Positions 1-12,210 of a DNA stretch of 60,000 nucleotides are shown piece by piece. A program made the translations under genes and the position numbers. Position 1 is the stretch's first letter; every line of letters starts with the position of its first letter. The notes under the pieces were generated by a model, which worked only from the letters and a program-made list of their open reading frames with translations, did no database searches and was not told the origin of the DNA. This stretch comes from Malacoraja senta (lineage: Eukaryota), in contig CM075994.1 in NCBI GenBank assembly GCA_038087875.1, positions 6,326,001 to 6,386,000 of the forward strand. The letters are read 5' to 3'.

Positions 1-522
1 CCAAGTGGGACGGGCCCTTAAGAATACGATTAACAATTCCAGCGACAGTAGCTTCTGCAGAGTGGTCATTTATCAAACTCAAGAATTATTTAAGGTCTAC
101 AATGTCTCAGGAACGTCTTATGGATTTGGCCCGGCTAAGTATTGTATCAAACATTGCCAGGACAATACATTTTCATGCTGTGATTTGAATTTTCACAAAA
201 AAGGCCAGGAAAGCTCTTTATTTAAAGTATCTACCTTTTTTAAAAAACTTTTAAACTAATAATTATGTCTTCTGATGATCTGATCTGCATTGAAATATAA
301 AAGGATGTTTCAATGCGAATTATTTCTCCTTATCTGTATTGTCGAATAAAAAAAGATGTTCAAAACAAATGTGCTTTCTTCTCTCTGATCCTTTTATTTT
401 GTTTATATTTATTTATATGTATCATGGAGGGAGTATAGGAGCATAAGGCCTCAAATGCAGAAAATCATCAGAGTGCTCCATTCCACCCCTCTCCCATCTT
501 CCATATCCTTTTGGCCTTACAG

Positions 523-650
523 GCTGCAGCTCATGGCATAAAACCGTAGTGGATAAAAACAGGCAAAATGGAGAAGGAAACTTTGTAGCCACTGATAAAA
601 TTCCTCTCAGAGGCCCTGCTGACTGTGATGATAATGTCTCCAACAAATGA
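523..650 (+). other. Possible terminal coding exon of an upstream gene
   Basis: Pyrimidine-rich acceptor (ccatatccttttggccttacag), open phase-1 frame CSSWHKTVVDKNRQNGEGNFVATDKIPLRGPADCDDNVSNK-TGA and AATAAA at 767, in non-repetitive sequence. No homology recognised. Confidence 0.3.
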
Positions 651-1092
651 CTCATTAAATTGAGGTGAAAAAACAGACAGGATAAATAGTAAGATGGGCA
701 GGGTGTAGTCCAGACACTCAAAACACAAAATGTGATCAACTTGTTAAATTGTGAAATAACAACAGCAATAAAAGTGATTTCCCATCGTAACTGCTTAGTT
801 ATAGGGAGCACAGATTGTTCAAATGCAGCCATAGGAGACTTTTTAACGAGTACATAACAAATCCGCTGAGGCAGAAGGTTCAGGGGAGCAGAGGCGTGCA
901 GCAAAAACCTGCTGGTGTGGATAGGAAAGATCCAACATTTCGAAAGCACTAAAATCTGAGATTCTCGGAGCGGGGTTTCCTCTAGATGGCTGACTAGAAC
1001 TTCTCATCAGTTGTGCACTGTGATCTCAGCGTTTCATTTAGAGGTACCATGGACAGTTCAGAATACGTTGATAAGACACAGGAGAAGAATTA

Positions 1093-1398
1093 AGGACCTG
1101 TCCCACTGTACAAGGTAATTCAAGAGCTCTCCCGAGTTTAAAAAAAATCAAACTCGTGGTAAGTACGTAGAATGTACGTAGCGGCTACGTCAGAGCTCGT
1201 GGATGTCTCGTAGCAGCTCCTAATGCTAACGGCAGGTACTCGGGAAACGCGGTAACTCGTGAATTTTTTTCAGCGCTGTGAAAAATGTCCACGAGAGCCC
1301 CAAGTACATACGAACGGCTATTACCGTAATTCTCCGAGTTCGAATCAGGGGAAACTCGGGAGAACTCTTGAATTACCTCGTACAGTGGGACAGACCCT
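1093..1398. mobile_element. PIF/Harbinger-type MITE
   Basis: ~47-bp terminal inverted repeats (aggacctgtcccactgtacaaggtaattcaagagctctcccgagttt / aaactcgggagaactcttgaattacctcgtacagtgggacagaccct). TTA on both flanks (1090-1092, 1399-1401) fits a 3-bp TWA target duplication. Non-coding. Confidence 0.8.
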
Positions 1399-1401
1399 TT
1401 A

Positions 1402-2916
1402 GGCCACTGGACGCCAAGAAAGGGAGTTTGTGGAGTGCCTCTGAGATGAATTTTTAGAGAAGCTTGTACCGGAGCCTACCAGGGAGAAGGCAATTCTGGG
1501 TTTAGTGTTGTGTAATGAACCTGATTTGATAAAGGAACACAAGGTTATGGAACCATTTGGAGGTAGTGACCATAATAAGAAAAGTTTTAGTCTACAATTT
1601 GGGAGGGAGAAGGTAAATTTGGAAGTGTCAGCACTACAGTTAGCAAAGGGGACTATGGAGGCATGAGGGAGGAGCTGGCCAAAGTAGACTGGAAAGATTC
1701 TCCAGCAGGGATGACAGTGGAACAACAATGGCAGGTATTTCTGGGAATAATACAGGTGCAGGATCAGTTCAATCTAAAGAGGAAGAAAGTTTCTAAGGGG
1801 AGTAAGAGGCGACCATGGGTGACAAGGGACATCAAGGACAGTATAAAAATAAAAGAGAAGAAGTATAACATAGCAAAGATGAGCGGGAAGCCAGAAGATA
1901 GGGGAACTTTTAAAGAGCAACAGAAGATAACTAAAAAGGCAATATGGGGAGAAAAGATGAGGTACAGAGGTAAGCTAGCCAAGAATATAATGGAGGATAG
2001 TAAAAGCTTCTTTAGGTATGTGAAGAGGAAAAAATTCAATAAGACAAACGTGGGTCCCTTGAAGACAGAAACAGGTAAATTTATTATGGGGAACAAGGAA
2101 ATGGCAGACGAGTTGAACAGGTACTTGGGTTCTGTATTCACTAAGGAGGACACAAACAATCTCCCAGATGTACTAGTGGCCAGAGGATCTAGGGTGATGG
2201 AGGAACTGAAGGAAATCCACATTAGGCAGGAAATGGTGTTGGGTAAACTGATGGGGCTGAAGGCTGATAAATCCCCAGGGCCTGATGGTCTGCATCCCAG
2301 GGTACTTAAAGAGGTGGCTCTAGAAATCGTGGACGCATTGATGATCATTTGCCAATGTTCTATAGATTCAGGATCGTTCCTGTGGATTGGAGGGCAGCAA
2401 ATGTTATCCCACTTTTTAAGAAAGGAGGGAGAGGGAAAACAGGTAATCATGGACCAGTTAGCCTGACATCGGTTGTGGGGAACAATCTGGAGTCAATTAT
2501 AAAAGATGAAATAGCGGCACATTTGGATTGCAGTAACAGGATCAGTCCGAGTCAGCATGGATTTACAAAGGGGAAATGATGCTTGACTAATCTTCTGGAA
2601 TTTCTTGAGGATGTAATTAGGAAAATGGACATGGGCGAGCTAGTGCATATAGTGTACATGGACTTTCAGAAAGCCTTTGATAAGGTCCCACTTAGGAGAC
2701 TAGTGGGGAAAATTAGAACACATGGTATTGGGGGTAGGGTACTGACATGGATAGAAAATTGGTTGGCAGACGAGAACCAAAAAGTAGGGATTAACGTGTC
2801 CCTTTCAGAATGGCAGGCAGTAACTAGTGGGGTACCGCAAGGCTCAGTCATGGGACTGCAGCTATTTACAATATACATTCATCAATTAGATGAAGGGACT
2901 AAAAGTAACATTAGCG
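1402..2916 (+). mobile_element. CR1 LINE ORF2, 5' portion (endonuclease end plus RT), degraded
   Basis: Motifs EPTRE..ILGLVL, SDHN, KSPGPDGLHPRVLKE, QHGF, DFQKAFDKV and SGVPQGS spread across frameshifted ORFs. Confidence 0.95.
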
Positions 2917-2931
2917 GCTATTTACAATATA

Positions 2932-4374
2932 CAATGCCCTCCATAATGTTTGGGACAAAGACCCATCATTTATTTATTTGACTCTGTACTCCACAATTTG
3001 AGATTTGTAATAGAAAAAATCACATGTGGTTAAAGTGCAGTTTATTAAAGGGTATTTTTATACATTTTGGTTTCACCATGTAGAAATTACAGCTGCATTT
3101 ATACATATTCCCCCATTTCAGGGCACCATAATGTTTGGGACACATGACTTCACAGGTGTTAGTAATTGCTCAGGTGTGTTTAAATGCCTCCTTAATGCAG
3201 GTATAAGAGAGCTATCAGCACCTTGTTTTTGCTCCAGTCTTTCCATCACCTTTGGAAACTTGTATTGCTGTTTATCAACAAGAAGACCAAAGTTGTGCCA
3301 ATGAAAGTCAAAGAAGCCATTATGAGACGAAGAAACAAGAATAAAACTGTTAGAGACATCAGCCAAACCTTAGGCTTACCAAAATCAACTGTTTGGAACA
3401 TCATTAAGATGAAAGAGAGCACTGGTGAGCTTACTAATAGCAAAGGGACTGGCAGGCCAAGGAAGATCTCCACAGCTGATGACAGAAGAATTCTCTCTAT
3501 AATAAAGAAAAATCCCCAAACACCTGTCCGACAGATCAGAAACACTCTTCAGGAGTCAGGTGTGGATTTGTCAATGACCACTGTTCACTGTAGACTTCAT
3601 GAACAGAAATACAGAGGCTACACTGCAAGATGCAAACCACTGGTTAGCTGCAAAAATAGGATGGCCAGGTTACAGTTTGCCAAGAAGTACTTAAAAGAGC
3701 AACCACAGTTCTGGAAAAAGGTCTTGTGGACAGATGAGGCGAAGATTAACTTATATCAGAGTGATGGTAAGAGCAAAGTATGCAGGAGAGAAGGAACTGC
3801 CCAAGATCCAAAGCATACCACCTCATCTGTGAAACACAGTGGTGGGGGTGTTATGGCCTGAGCATGTATGGCTGCTGAAGGTACTGGCTCACTTATCTTC
3901 ATTGATGATACAACTGCTGATGGTGGTAGCATAATGAATTCTGATGTGTATAGACACATCCTATCTGCTCAAGTTCAAAGAAATGCCTCAAAACTCATTG
4001 GCCGAAGGTTCATTCTACAGCAAGACAATGATCCAGAACATACTGCTAAAGCAACAAAGGAGATTTTCAAAGCTAAAAAATGGTCAATTCTTGAGTGGCC
4101 AAGTCAATCACCCGACCTGAACTCAATTGAGCATACCTTTTATATGCTGAAGAGAAAACTGAAGGGGACAAGCCCCCAAAACAAGCATAAGGTAAAGATG
4201 GCTGCAAAACAGGCCTGGCAGAGCATCACCAGAGAAGACACCCAGCAACTGGTGATGTCCATGAATCGCAGGCTTCAAGCAGTCACTGCATGCAAAGGAT
4301 ATGCAACTAAATACTAAATATGACTATTTCATTTACATGACATTGCTGTGTCCCAAACATTATGGTGCTCTGAA
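2932..4374 (+). mobile_element. Tc1-family DNA transposon, IR/DR type, right end truncated
   Basis: Starts after TA with caatgccctccataatgtttgggaca. The same direct repeat recurs at ~3123 and inverted at ~4349. The outer right TIR is missing. Confidence 0.93.
3280..4317 (+). pseudogene. Tc1 transposase (DD34E), inactivated
   Basis: HTH region, GRPRK, WTDE, QQDND and SPDLNSIE, with 34 residues between the second D and the E. In-frame TGA at 3859-3861 replaces Trp. The presumed start codon reads AAG at 3280. Confidence 0.93.
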
Positions 4375-5096
4375 CGAGATCTGGGAGTCCATGAACATCA
4401 GCCACTCAAAGTAAGCATGCAGATACAGCAGGCAGTGAAGAAAGCTAATGGCATGTTGGCCTTCATAACAAGAGGAATTAAGTAGAGGAACAAAGAAGTC
4501 CTTCTGCAGTTGTACAGGGCTCTGGTGAGACCACACCTCGAGTATTGCGTACAGTTTTGGTTTCCAAATTGAAGGAAGGACTTTCTTGCTATTCAGGGAG
4601 TGCAGCGTAGGTTCACGAGGTTAATTCCCAGGAAGTCTAGACTACCATATGTTGAAACAATGGAGCGACTGGGCTTTTATGCACTGGAATTTAGAAGGTA
4701 GAGTGGGGATCTTATTGAAACATATACGATTATTAAGGGATTGGACACGCTAGAGGCAGGAAACATGTTCCCGATGTTGGGTGAGTCCAGAACCAGGGGC
4801 CACAGTTTAAGTATAAGGGATAGGCCGTTTAGAACGGAGATGAAGAAAAACTTTTTCACCCAGAGAGTTGTGAATCTGTGGAATTCTTTGCTTCAGAAGG
4901 CAGTGGAGGCCGATTCTCTGGATACTTTCAAGAGAGAATTAGATAGATCTCTTAAAGATAGCGGAGTCAAGGGATATGGAGAGAAGGCAGGAACGGGGTA
5001 CTGATTATGGATGATCAGCCATGATCACATTGAATGGCGGTGCTGGCTCGAAGGGCCAAATGGCGTACTCCTGCACCTATTGTCTATTGTCTATTG
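4375..5096 (+). mobile_element. CR1 LINE 3' portion, continuation of the 1402-2916 copy
   Basis: Motifs LYRALVRPHLEYC, SRTRGHSL and FFTQRVVNLWNSL, then the CR1 3'UTR and a (ctattgt)n tail. Confidence 0.93.
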
Positions 5097-5219
5097 ACCC
5101 ATCGAATATGCTCCTTCATTCAATCGATACGATACTATATAACTTTATTTATCCGAGGAGGGAAATAGATCGGCCATATTCATAAAACACAAAATACATG
5201 AAACATGAAATTAAAGTGA

Positions 5220-6330
5220 CGAGTGGCAATGAATTCCACAGATTCAACAGCCTGTGGCTAATGAAATGCCTCCTCATCGCCTTTCATAAATTCCTAAGGT
5301 GTTGGAGCAGAATTGTGCCATTTCGCCTTTCAAGTCTACTCCGCCATTCAAGCATTGTTGATATTCCTTACCTCTCAATTAAATTCTCCTGCCTTCGCCC
5401 CATAACCTCGGACACCTATACTAATCAAGAACCTACCAAACTCCACCTTAAAAATATCTATTGACAGCCTCTGCAGCCTTCTGTGGCAATGAATTCCACA
5501 GATTCACACCCTCTGGCGAAATAAATTCCTCTTCATCTCCTTTCGAAAGGTATGTCATTTTCTTCTGAAGCTGTGCCATCTGGTCCTAGACTCTCCCACT
5601 GGTGGAAACATCCTCACCACATCCAATTTATCGAGGCCTTTAACTATTCTGTACGTTTCAATGAAGTTCCCCCCCCCCTCTCATTCTTCTGAACTCCAGT
5701 GAATACAGTGCCAGTGCTGTCAAACACTCATCATAGGTTAACCCACTCATTCCTGGGATCATTCTTGTAAACCTCCTCTGGACCCTCTCCAGGGCCAACA
5801 CATTCTTCCTCAGATATGGTGCCCAAAATTGCTCACAATACCCCAAATGCTGCCTGACCAGCGCCTTATAGAGCCTCAGCATTACAATCTGCTCCTCCAT
5901 TCAATCAAAGCTGATCCTTCCTTCCTTCTCAACCCCATTCTCCTGCCTTCTCCCCGTAACCATTGATACCCTTACTATTCAAGACCCTATCAATATCTGC
6001 TTTAAAAATACCCAAAGACGCCCTCCAGATTTATCTGTGGCAATAGATTCCACCGACTCACCACCATCTGGCTGAATAAATTCCCCTTCGTCTCGTTTCT
6101 AAAGATACATCCTTTTATTCGGAGGCTGTGCACTCTGGTCCTAGCCTCTTCCTCTAATGGAAACATCCTCTCTACATCCACAATATCCAGGCCTTTCACT
6201 ATTCGGTAAGTATCAATTAGATCCCCCTTCATCGTTCTGAACTCCAGCGAGTCCAGGCCCATAGCCAACAGATGTTCATTGTAGATTAACCCAGTCAACC
6301 CTGGGAACATTCTCGTAAACCTCCTCTGGT
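5220..6330 (-). mobile_element. Stacked CR1 3' fragments
   Basis: LYKALVRQHLGYC, ERVQRRFTRMIPG and RTRVHSLRIKG on the minus strand. Confidence 0.85.
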
Positions 6331-6488
6331 AAACAGGCCTGTCGGCCCACCTTCAATCTGCTCTCTCTGGTTCCATGTTCTGGAGCTGCTGCTTGTGCTG
6401 GCATCTGCTCCACCTTGTGGTCTGTCTGAGAACAGCGATCAAACAGAAAGGTGAACAAAGGCACTAACATTTCTCTTGTAACACCAGT

Positions 6489-6785
6489 CTAGTTTAGAGA
6501 TGCTGCGCGGAAACAGGCCCTTCGGCCCACCGAGTCCGCACTGACCAGATCCCCGCACAGTAACACTATCCTACACGCACTAAGGAAAAATTCCAATTTT
6601 ACCAAGCCAATTAGCCTACATGCCTGCAGGTCTTTGGAATGTGGGAGGAAACCAGAGTGTGGGAGAAAACCCACGCAGGTCACGGAGAGAACGTACAAAC
6701 TCCGTCCATACAGCACCGGTAGTCAGGATCGAACCCGGGTCTCTGACTCTGTAAGGCAGCAACTCTACCACTGCGCCACCGTGCC
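6489..6785 (-). mobile_element. tRNA-derived SINE (HE1/V-SINE-like). Further copies at ~8780, 14215, 18160, 22021, 26790, 30131, 31860, 32750, 32918, 37085, 39150, 56715 and 58875
   Basis: A-box (ggtggcgcagtgg), B-box (gggttcgatcc), central core gtttgtacgttctc..gtgggttttctcc and a CR1-like tail ending ctctaaacta. Confidence 0.85.
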
Positions 6786-6854
6786 TTCCATTACCAATAT
6801 TGAATGTATAGACATGAAACATTTTGCATGTTTCATTTTGAATATTTTTTTCTG

Positions 6855-7320
6855 ACCACCAATAAATAGGTGCAGGAGTAGGCCATTTGGCCCTTCAGGC
6901 CATTCAATGTGATCATGGCTGATCATCCCCAATAAGTACCTCGTTCCTGCCTTCTCCCCATATCTCCCAACTCCGCTATTTTTAAGAGCCCTAGCTAGCT
7001 CTCTCTTGAAAACATCCAGAGAACCTGCCTCCACCGCCCTCTGAGGCAGAGAATTCCACAGACTCACCACTCTCTGTGAGAAAAAGTGTTTCCTCGTCTC
7101 CGTTCTAAATGTCTTACTCCTTATTCTTAAACTGTGGCCCCTGGTTCTTGACTCCCCCAACATCGGGAACGTTTGCTGCCTCAAGCGTGTCCAAGCCCTT
7201 AACAATCTTATATGTTTCAATGAGATACCCTCTCATCCTTCTAAACTCCAGAGAGTACTAGCCCAGCTGCTCCATTCTCTCAGAATATGAAAGTCCCGCC
7301 ATCCCGGCAATTAACCAATA
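6855..7320 (-). mobile_element. CR1 3' fragment
   Basis: FPMLGESRTRGHSLRI..FFSQRVVSLWNSLP plus 3'UTR. Confidence 0.9.
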
Positions 7321-7404
7321 AAGTTTATTTTTGAAAAACAAAAGACTAGGGGCTTAACTGAAGTAGGCGGCCATGATGTGATTCGAACCTACTTTTGGAA
7401 TTAG

Positions 7405-8500
7405 GCAGGTAGACAAAAATGCTGGAGAAACTCAGCGGGTGAGGCAGCATCCACGGAGCAAAGGAATAGATGACGTTTCAGGTCGAGACCCTTCTTCAGA
7501 CTGATGTGGGGGTGGTGGGGGCGGGAAGAAGAAAGGAAGAGGTGGAGACAGGCTGTGGGAGAGCTGGGAAGGGGAGGGGAAGGAGGGAGAAAGCAAGGAC
7601 TACCTGAAATTGGAGAAGTCAATGTTCATACCGCTGAGGTGTAAACCACCCAAGCGAAATATGAGGTGCTGCTCCTCCAATTTGCGGTGGGATTCACTCT
7701 GGCTATGGGGGAGGGCCAGGACAGAAAGGTCCGATTTGGAATGGGAGGGGGAGTTGAAGTGCTGAGCCACCGGGAGATCAGGTTGGTTAATGCGAACCGA
7801 GCGGAGGTTTTGGGCGAAGCGATCGCCAAGCCTGCGCTTGGTCTCACCAATGTAGAACAGTTGACACCTAGAACAGCGGATGCATTAGATGAGGTTGGAG
7901 GAGGTTCAGGTGAACCTCTGCCTCACCTGGAAAGACGGCTTGGGTCCTTGGATGGTCGAGGGGAGAGACAAAGCAACAAGTGTAGCATTTCCTGCGGTTG
8001 CAAGGGAAAGTACCAGGGGAGGGCGTGGTTTGGGTGGGGAGGGCGTGGTTTGGGCGGGAAGGAACAAATTGACCAGGGAGTTACGGAGGGAGCGGTCTCT
8101 GCAGAAAGCTGAAAGGGAAGGAGATGGAAAGATGTGGCAAGTGGTGGGATCCCGTTGGAGGTGGCGAAAATGTCGAAGGATTATCTGTTGTATTTGACGA
8201 CTGGTAGGGTGGAAGGTGAGGACAAGGGGGACTCTGTCCCTCTTACGAGTGGGGGGATGGGGAGTGAGAGCGGAGCTACGGGATATAGAGGAGACCCTGA
8301 TGAGAACTTCATCTATAGTCGAAGAGGGGAACCCCTGTTTCCTAAAGAATTCCCTCCGATGCCCTGGTTTGGAACACCTCATCCTGGATGCAGATGCGGC
8401 GTAGACGGAGGAATTGGGAGTAGGGGATAGAGTCCTTACCGGAAGCAGGGTGGGAAGAAGTGTAGTCCAGATAGCCAGGGGAGTCAATGGGTTTGTATTT
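7405..8500 (-). mobile_element. Penelope-like element, 3' part (RT C-terminus plus GIY-YIG endonuclease)
   Basis: YLDYTSSHP..KDSIPYSQFLRLRRIC, VPLVLTFHP and the CSRCQL.YIGETKR GIY-YIG region, followed by the pLTR-type end. Confidence 0.88.
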
Positions 8501-9024
8501 GGAGCTCACTTTTCTACTTACTGCCGCATAGCACTGCCACCTTGTGGCGCTCCATGTATTAAACCCATGTAAAGAAATTGTCCTCCTTGCATACATTTAG
8601 AATCACCAGTGCCTGTCATGTGATGCTGGTTTACAAAAAAAAGTCACCAGGTGCTGGCGTTACTCAGAGGCTCAGGCACCATCTATAGAGAAGATGCTTA
8701 TTTTCAGGAAGGGATCCTTCTTCAAATTGATTGCAGAGAAAGGAGATGAAAGGTGAGAGAGAGAAGGCACAGGGCCGCAATGTGGGGCAGCGGTAGAGTT
8801 GCTGCCTTACAGCGCCAGAGACCCAGGTTCGATGCTGACTGCGGGTGCTGCGTGTACAGAGTTTGTACATTCTCCCTGTGACATCCGTGGGTTCTCTCCT
8901 TGAGCCTCCCACATTCCAAAGGCTTCGGTAAAAAAAAAAGAATATTGTCTATATTGTGTGTAGGATAGTGTTAGTGTGTGCGGATCGCTGGTCAGCGCGG
9001 ACTTGGTGGGCCTAAGGTCATAAG

Positions 9025-9555
9025 TGATGAATGAATGAATGAATACGTTTATTGGCCAAGTATTCACATACAAGGAATTTGCCTTGGTGCTCCGCCCACA
9101 AGTGACAACATGACATACAGTGACAGTTACGAATGACACATAAAATACTAATCATTAATAATAAAACACCATTGATCAAACATGTGAACCAAACAAAATG
9201 CCAGAGCAAAAGGAGGCTACAGATTTTGGGCTATTGAGTAGAGCTACTACTCGTGGAAAAAAGCTGTTTTATGTCTGGCTGTGGCAGCTTTGACAGTCCG
9301 GAGTCGCCTTCCAGAGGGAAGTGATTCAAAGAGTTTTTGGCCAGGGTGAGAGGGGTCAGAGATGATCTTAACCGCTTCCTGGCCCTTGCAGTGTACAGTT
9401 CGTCAATGCAGCGAAGGTTACAGCCAATAAACATCTCAGCTGTTCGGACGATTTGCTGCAGCCTCCGGGTGTCATGCTTGGTGGCTGAGCCAAACCAGAC
9501 CATGAAGGAGAAGGTGAGGACAGACTCAACGATGGCCGTATAGAACTGGACCATA
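9025..9555 (-). mobile_element. Rex1/Babar-type LINE 3' fragment
   Basis: FYTAIVESVLTFSFMVWFG C-terminal motif and a (cattcatt) tail. Confidence 0.75.
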
Positions 9556-10849
9556 GGATAGGAGCGGAATTATGCCATTCGACTCATCAAGTCTACTCCG
9601 CCATTCAATGATAGCTGATCTATCTCTCCATCCTATCCCCATTCGCCTGCTTTCTACACATAACCCATACTAATCAAGAATGTATCTATCTCTGCCTTAC
9701 AAATATCCATTGACTTGGCCTCCACAACATTCTGTTCTAAGGGCCTGCTTCCACGCTTTAATCTAAACTAAAGTTAAACCAAGCGTGGCAGGTAATAGGT
9801 GAAGACAGGTGATGGAGCTGTTTTTGAGGTAAAGTGTTGAACAGAGGCCAGACATGAAAAGACAGAAGGTACGAATACAATGATATGGTATATTTATCTA
9901 AATAGAAACACAATGTTGGAGTAACTCAGCGGGACAGGGAGCATCTCTGGAGTGGAGGAAAGGCTAACGTTTCGGGTCTAGACCCTTGTTCAGTTTAAAA
10001 CAAAAGCTTCCTGTGCGCCTGATGGTCTGTCTCCACGCTGCCCCAGGTTAGACGGCATTTGGCGGCCGCTCTTCGTCACCTGGTGGAAATGCACACAATC
10101 AGATTTGGGCCTGAGGGCTTTGTGCCCCTAACTCCCCGTGATTACACAACCGGGTTCCCGGGGATGCACCGAATATCCAGTTCAGTTAGTTTATTGTGCA
10201 GGAAGAAACTGCAGATGCTGGTTTAGCCCGAAGATAGACACTGGACTAACTCAGCGGGACACGCAGTATCTCTGGAGAGAAGGAATGGGTGCCGTTTCGG
10301 GTCGAGACCCTTCAGATTGAGGAGAGCTGCCTGTCCCGCTGAGTTACTCCGACTTTTTGTGTCTATCTTCAGTTAGTTCATTGTCACATTTACCGAGGTT
10401 CAGTGAAAAGCTTTTGATGCCTAGCTGGAAAGGGTGCAGAGAAGACTGACAACAATGCTGCTAGGACTAGATGGTCTGAGCTGTAGGCTGGGACTAAAGC
10501 GAAGGGGAAAATATTTAATAGGAATGTGAGGGGTAACATTTTCACACAAGCAGTGGTGGGTGTATGGAACAAGTTGCCAGAGGAGGTAGTTGAGGCAGGG
10601 CTATCCCAACATTTAATAAACAGTTAGATAGGTACATGGATAGGACAGGTTTGGAGGTATATGGACCAAACGCGGGCAGGTGGGACCAGTGTAGCTGGGA
10701 TATGTTGGCCGGAGGGGGCAAGGTCTCCAGAGGGCTAGTATGGACATTGTGGGCCAAATGGACTCTTGGGGTGGCAGCTCAGTCCCTCAAGCCTGAAGTG
10801 CTGGCAGCTCACTCATGACTGGTGGGCTGGCAGTTGACTCACGGCTATT

Positions 10850-11345
10850 CCTTGAAATTCCATTTAAAGCAGAGTGCAAGGACACCAAATTCAAATCCAT
10901 TTTCCTACCATTTCAAGCAGGGTGCAAGGCCACCAAATTCAAGTGCAGTTTCTTACCTCTTCGAGCAGGGTGCAAGGCCACAAAATTCAAATGCAGTTTC
11001 ATACCACTTCAAGCAGGGTGCAAGGCCATCAAATTTAGTTTCAGTTTCCAACCACTTCAAGCAGGGTGCAAGGCCACCGAATTCAAGTGCAGTTTTCAAC
11101 CACTTTAAGCAGGCAGCAAGGTCACCAAATTCAAGTGCAGTTTCATACCACTTCAAGCAGGGTGCAAGGCCACCAAATTCAAGTGCAGTTTCATACCATT
11201 TCAAGGAGGGTGCAAGCCCACCAAATTCAAATGCAGTTTCATACCATTTCATGCAGGGTGCAACGACACCACATTCAAATGCAGTTTCATACCATTTCGT
11301 GCAAGGCCACCACATTCAAATGCAGTTTCATACTATTTCAAGCAG
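10850..11345. repeat. 48-bp minisatellite, about 10 copies
   Basis: Unit aaattcaagtgcagtttcataccacttcaagcagggtgcaaggccacc. Confidence 0.95.
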
Positions 11346-11732
11346 GGGGAAACCACCATAAAAACCACCATGAAACCTCACAAAACACCACACTCACAGT
11401 TCAGTAGACATTCAGTGTGTTCAGTTGATTCACAGCTCAGACAGAGTCGTGACATCTCCCTCCCCCATCATGCAGAGACTGAGCCACACCCACACTTCCG
11501 GGTTTTATAATCGCTCCCCCTCCCACCGGAAAAGCTGTGGCCTTCATGGCGTGATTGACAGGAGAGAGATTCTCAACATTTTTAAAACACTAATAAGGCT
11601 TTTGTTTTTCATTGATGGGAAGAATGCACCTGATGAGCGGAGGGAAACTGAGTAAGATGGCCAAAAATCACAGCCGTAAGTGGTAGCGTTTTATCTAAGT
11701 ATAAAGCAAACAGGAAAATACTTCCTGTTAGA

Positions 11733-12210
11733 CAAACAACCATTTGCAGGCAGTGCCTTTTCACTTCAACCCAAACCCCCCAAACAACTATTTGCAGGCA
11801 GTACCTTTTCCCTTCAACACAAACCCCCTAAACAACCATTTGCAGGCAGTGCCTTTTCACTTCAACCCAAACCCCCCAAACAACTATTTGCAGGCAGTGC
11901 CTTTTCCCTTCAACACAAACCCCCTAAACAACCATTTGCAGGCAGTGCCTTTTCACTTCAACCCAAACCCCCCAAACAACCATTTGCAGGCGGTGCCTTT
12001 TCACTTCAACACAAACCCCCCAAACAACCATTTGCAGGCGGTGCCTTTTCACTTCAACCCAACCCCCCCAAACAACCATTTGCAGGCGGTGCCTTTTCAC
12101 TTCAACCCAACCTCCCCAAACAACCATTTACAGGCAGTGCCTTTTTACTTCAACCCAAACCCCCCAAACAACCATTTGCAGGCAGTGCCTTTTTACTTCA
12201 AACCAACCAT
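11733..12210. repeat. Second 48-bp minisatellite, about 10 copies
   Basis: Unit caaacaaccatttgcaggcagtgccttttcacttcaacccaaaccccc. Confidence 0.95.

Noticed and set aside
1764..2450. 228-aa antisense ORF
   Set aside because: Shadow ORF on the opposite strand of CR1 ORF2.
6700..6785. tRNA genes (A/B boxes)
   Set aside because: These are SINE heads running into the SINE core and CR1-like tail, with no complete cloverleaf.
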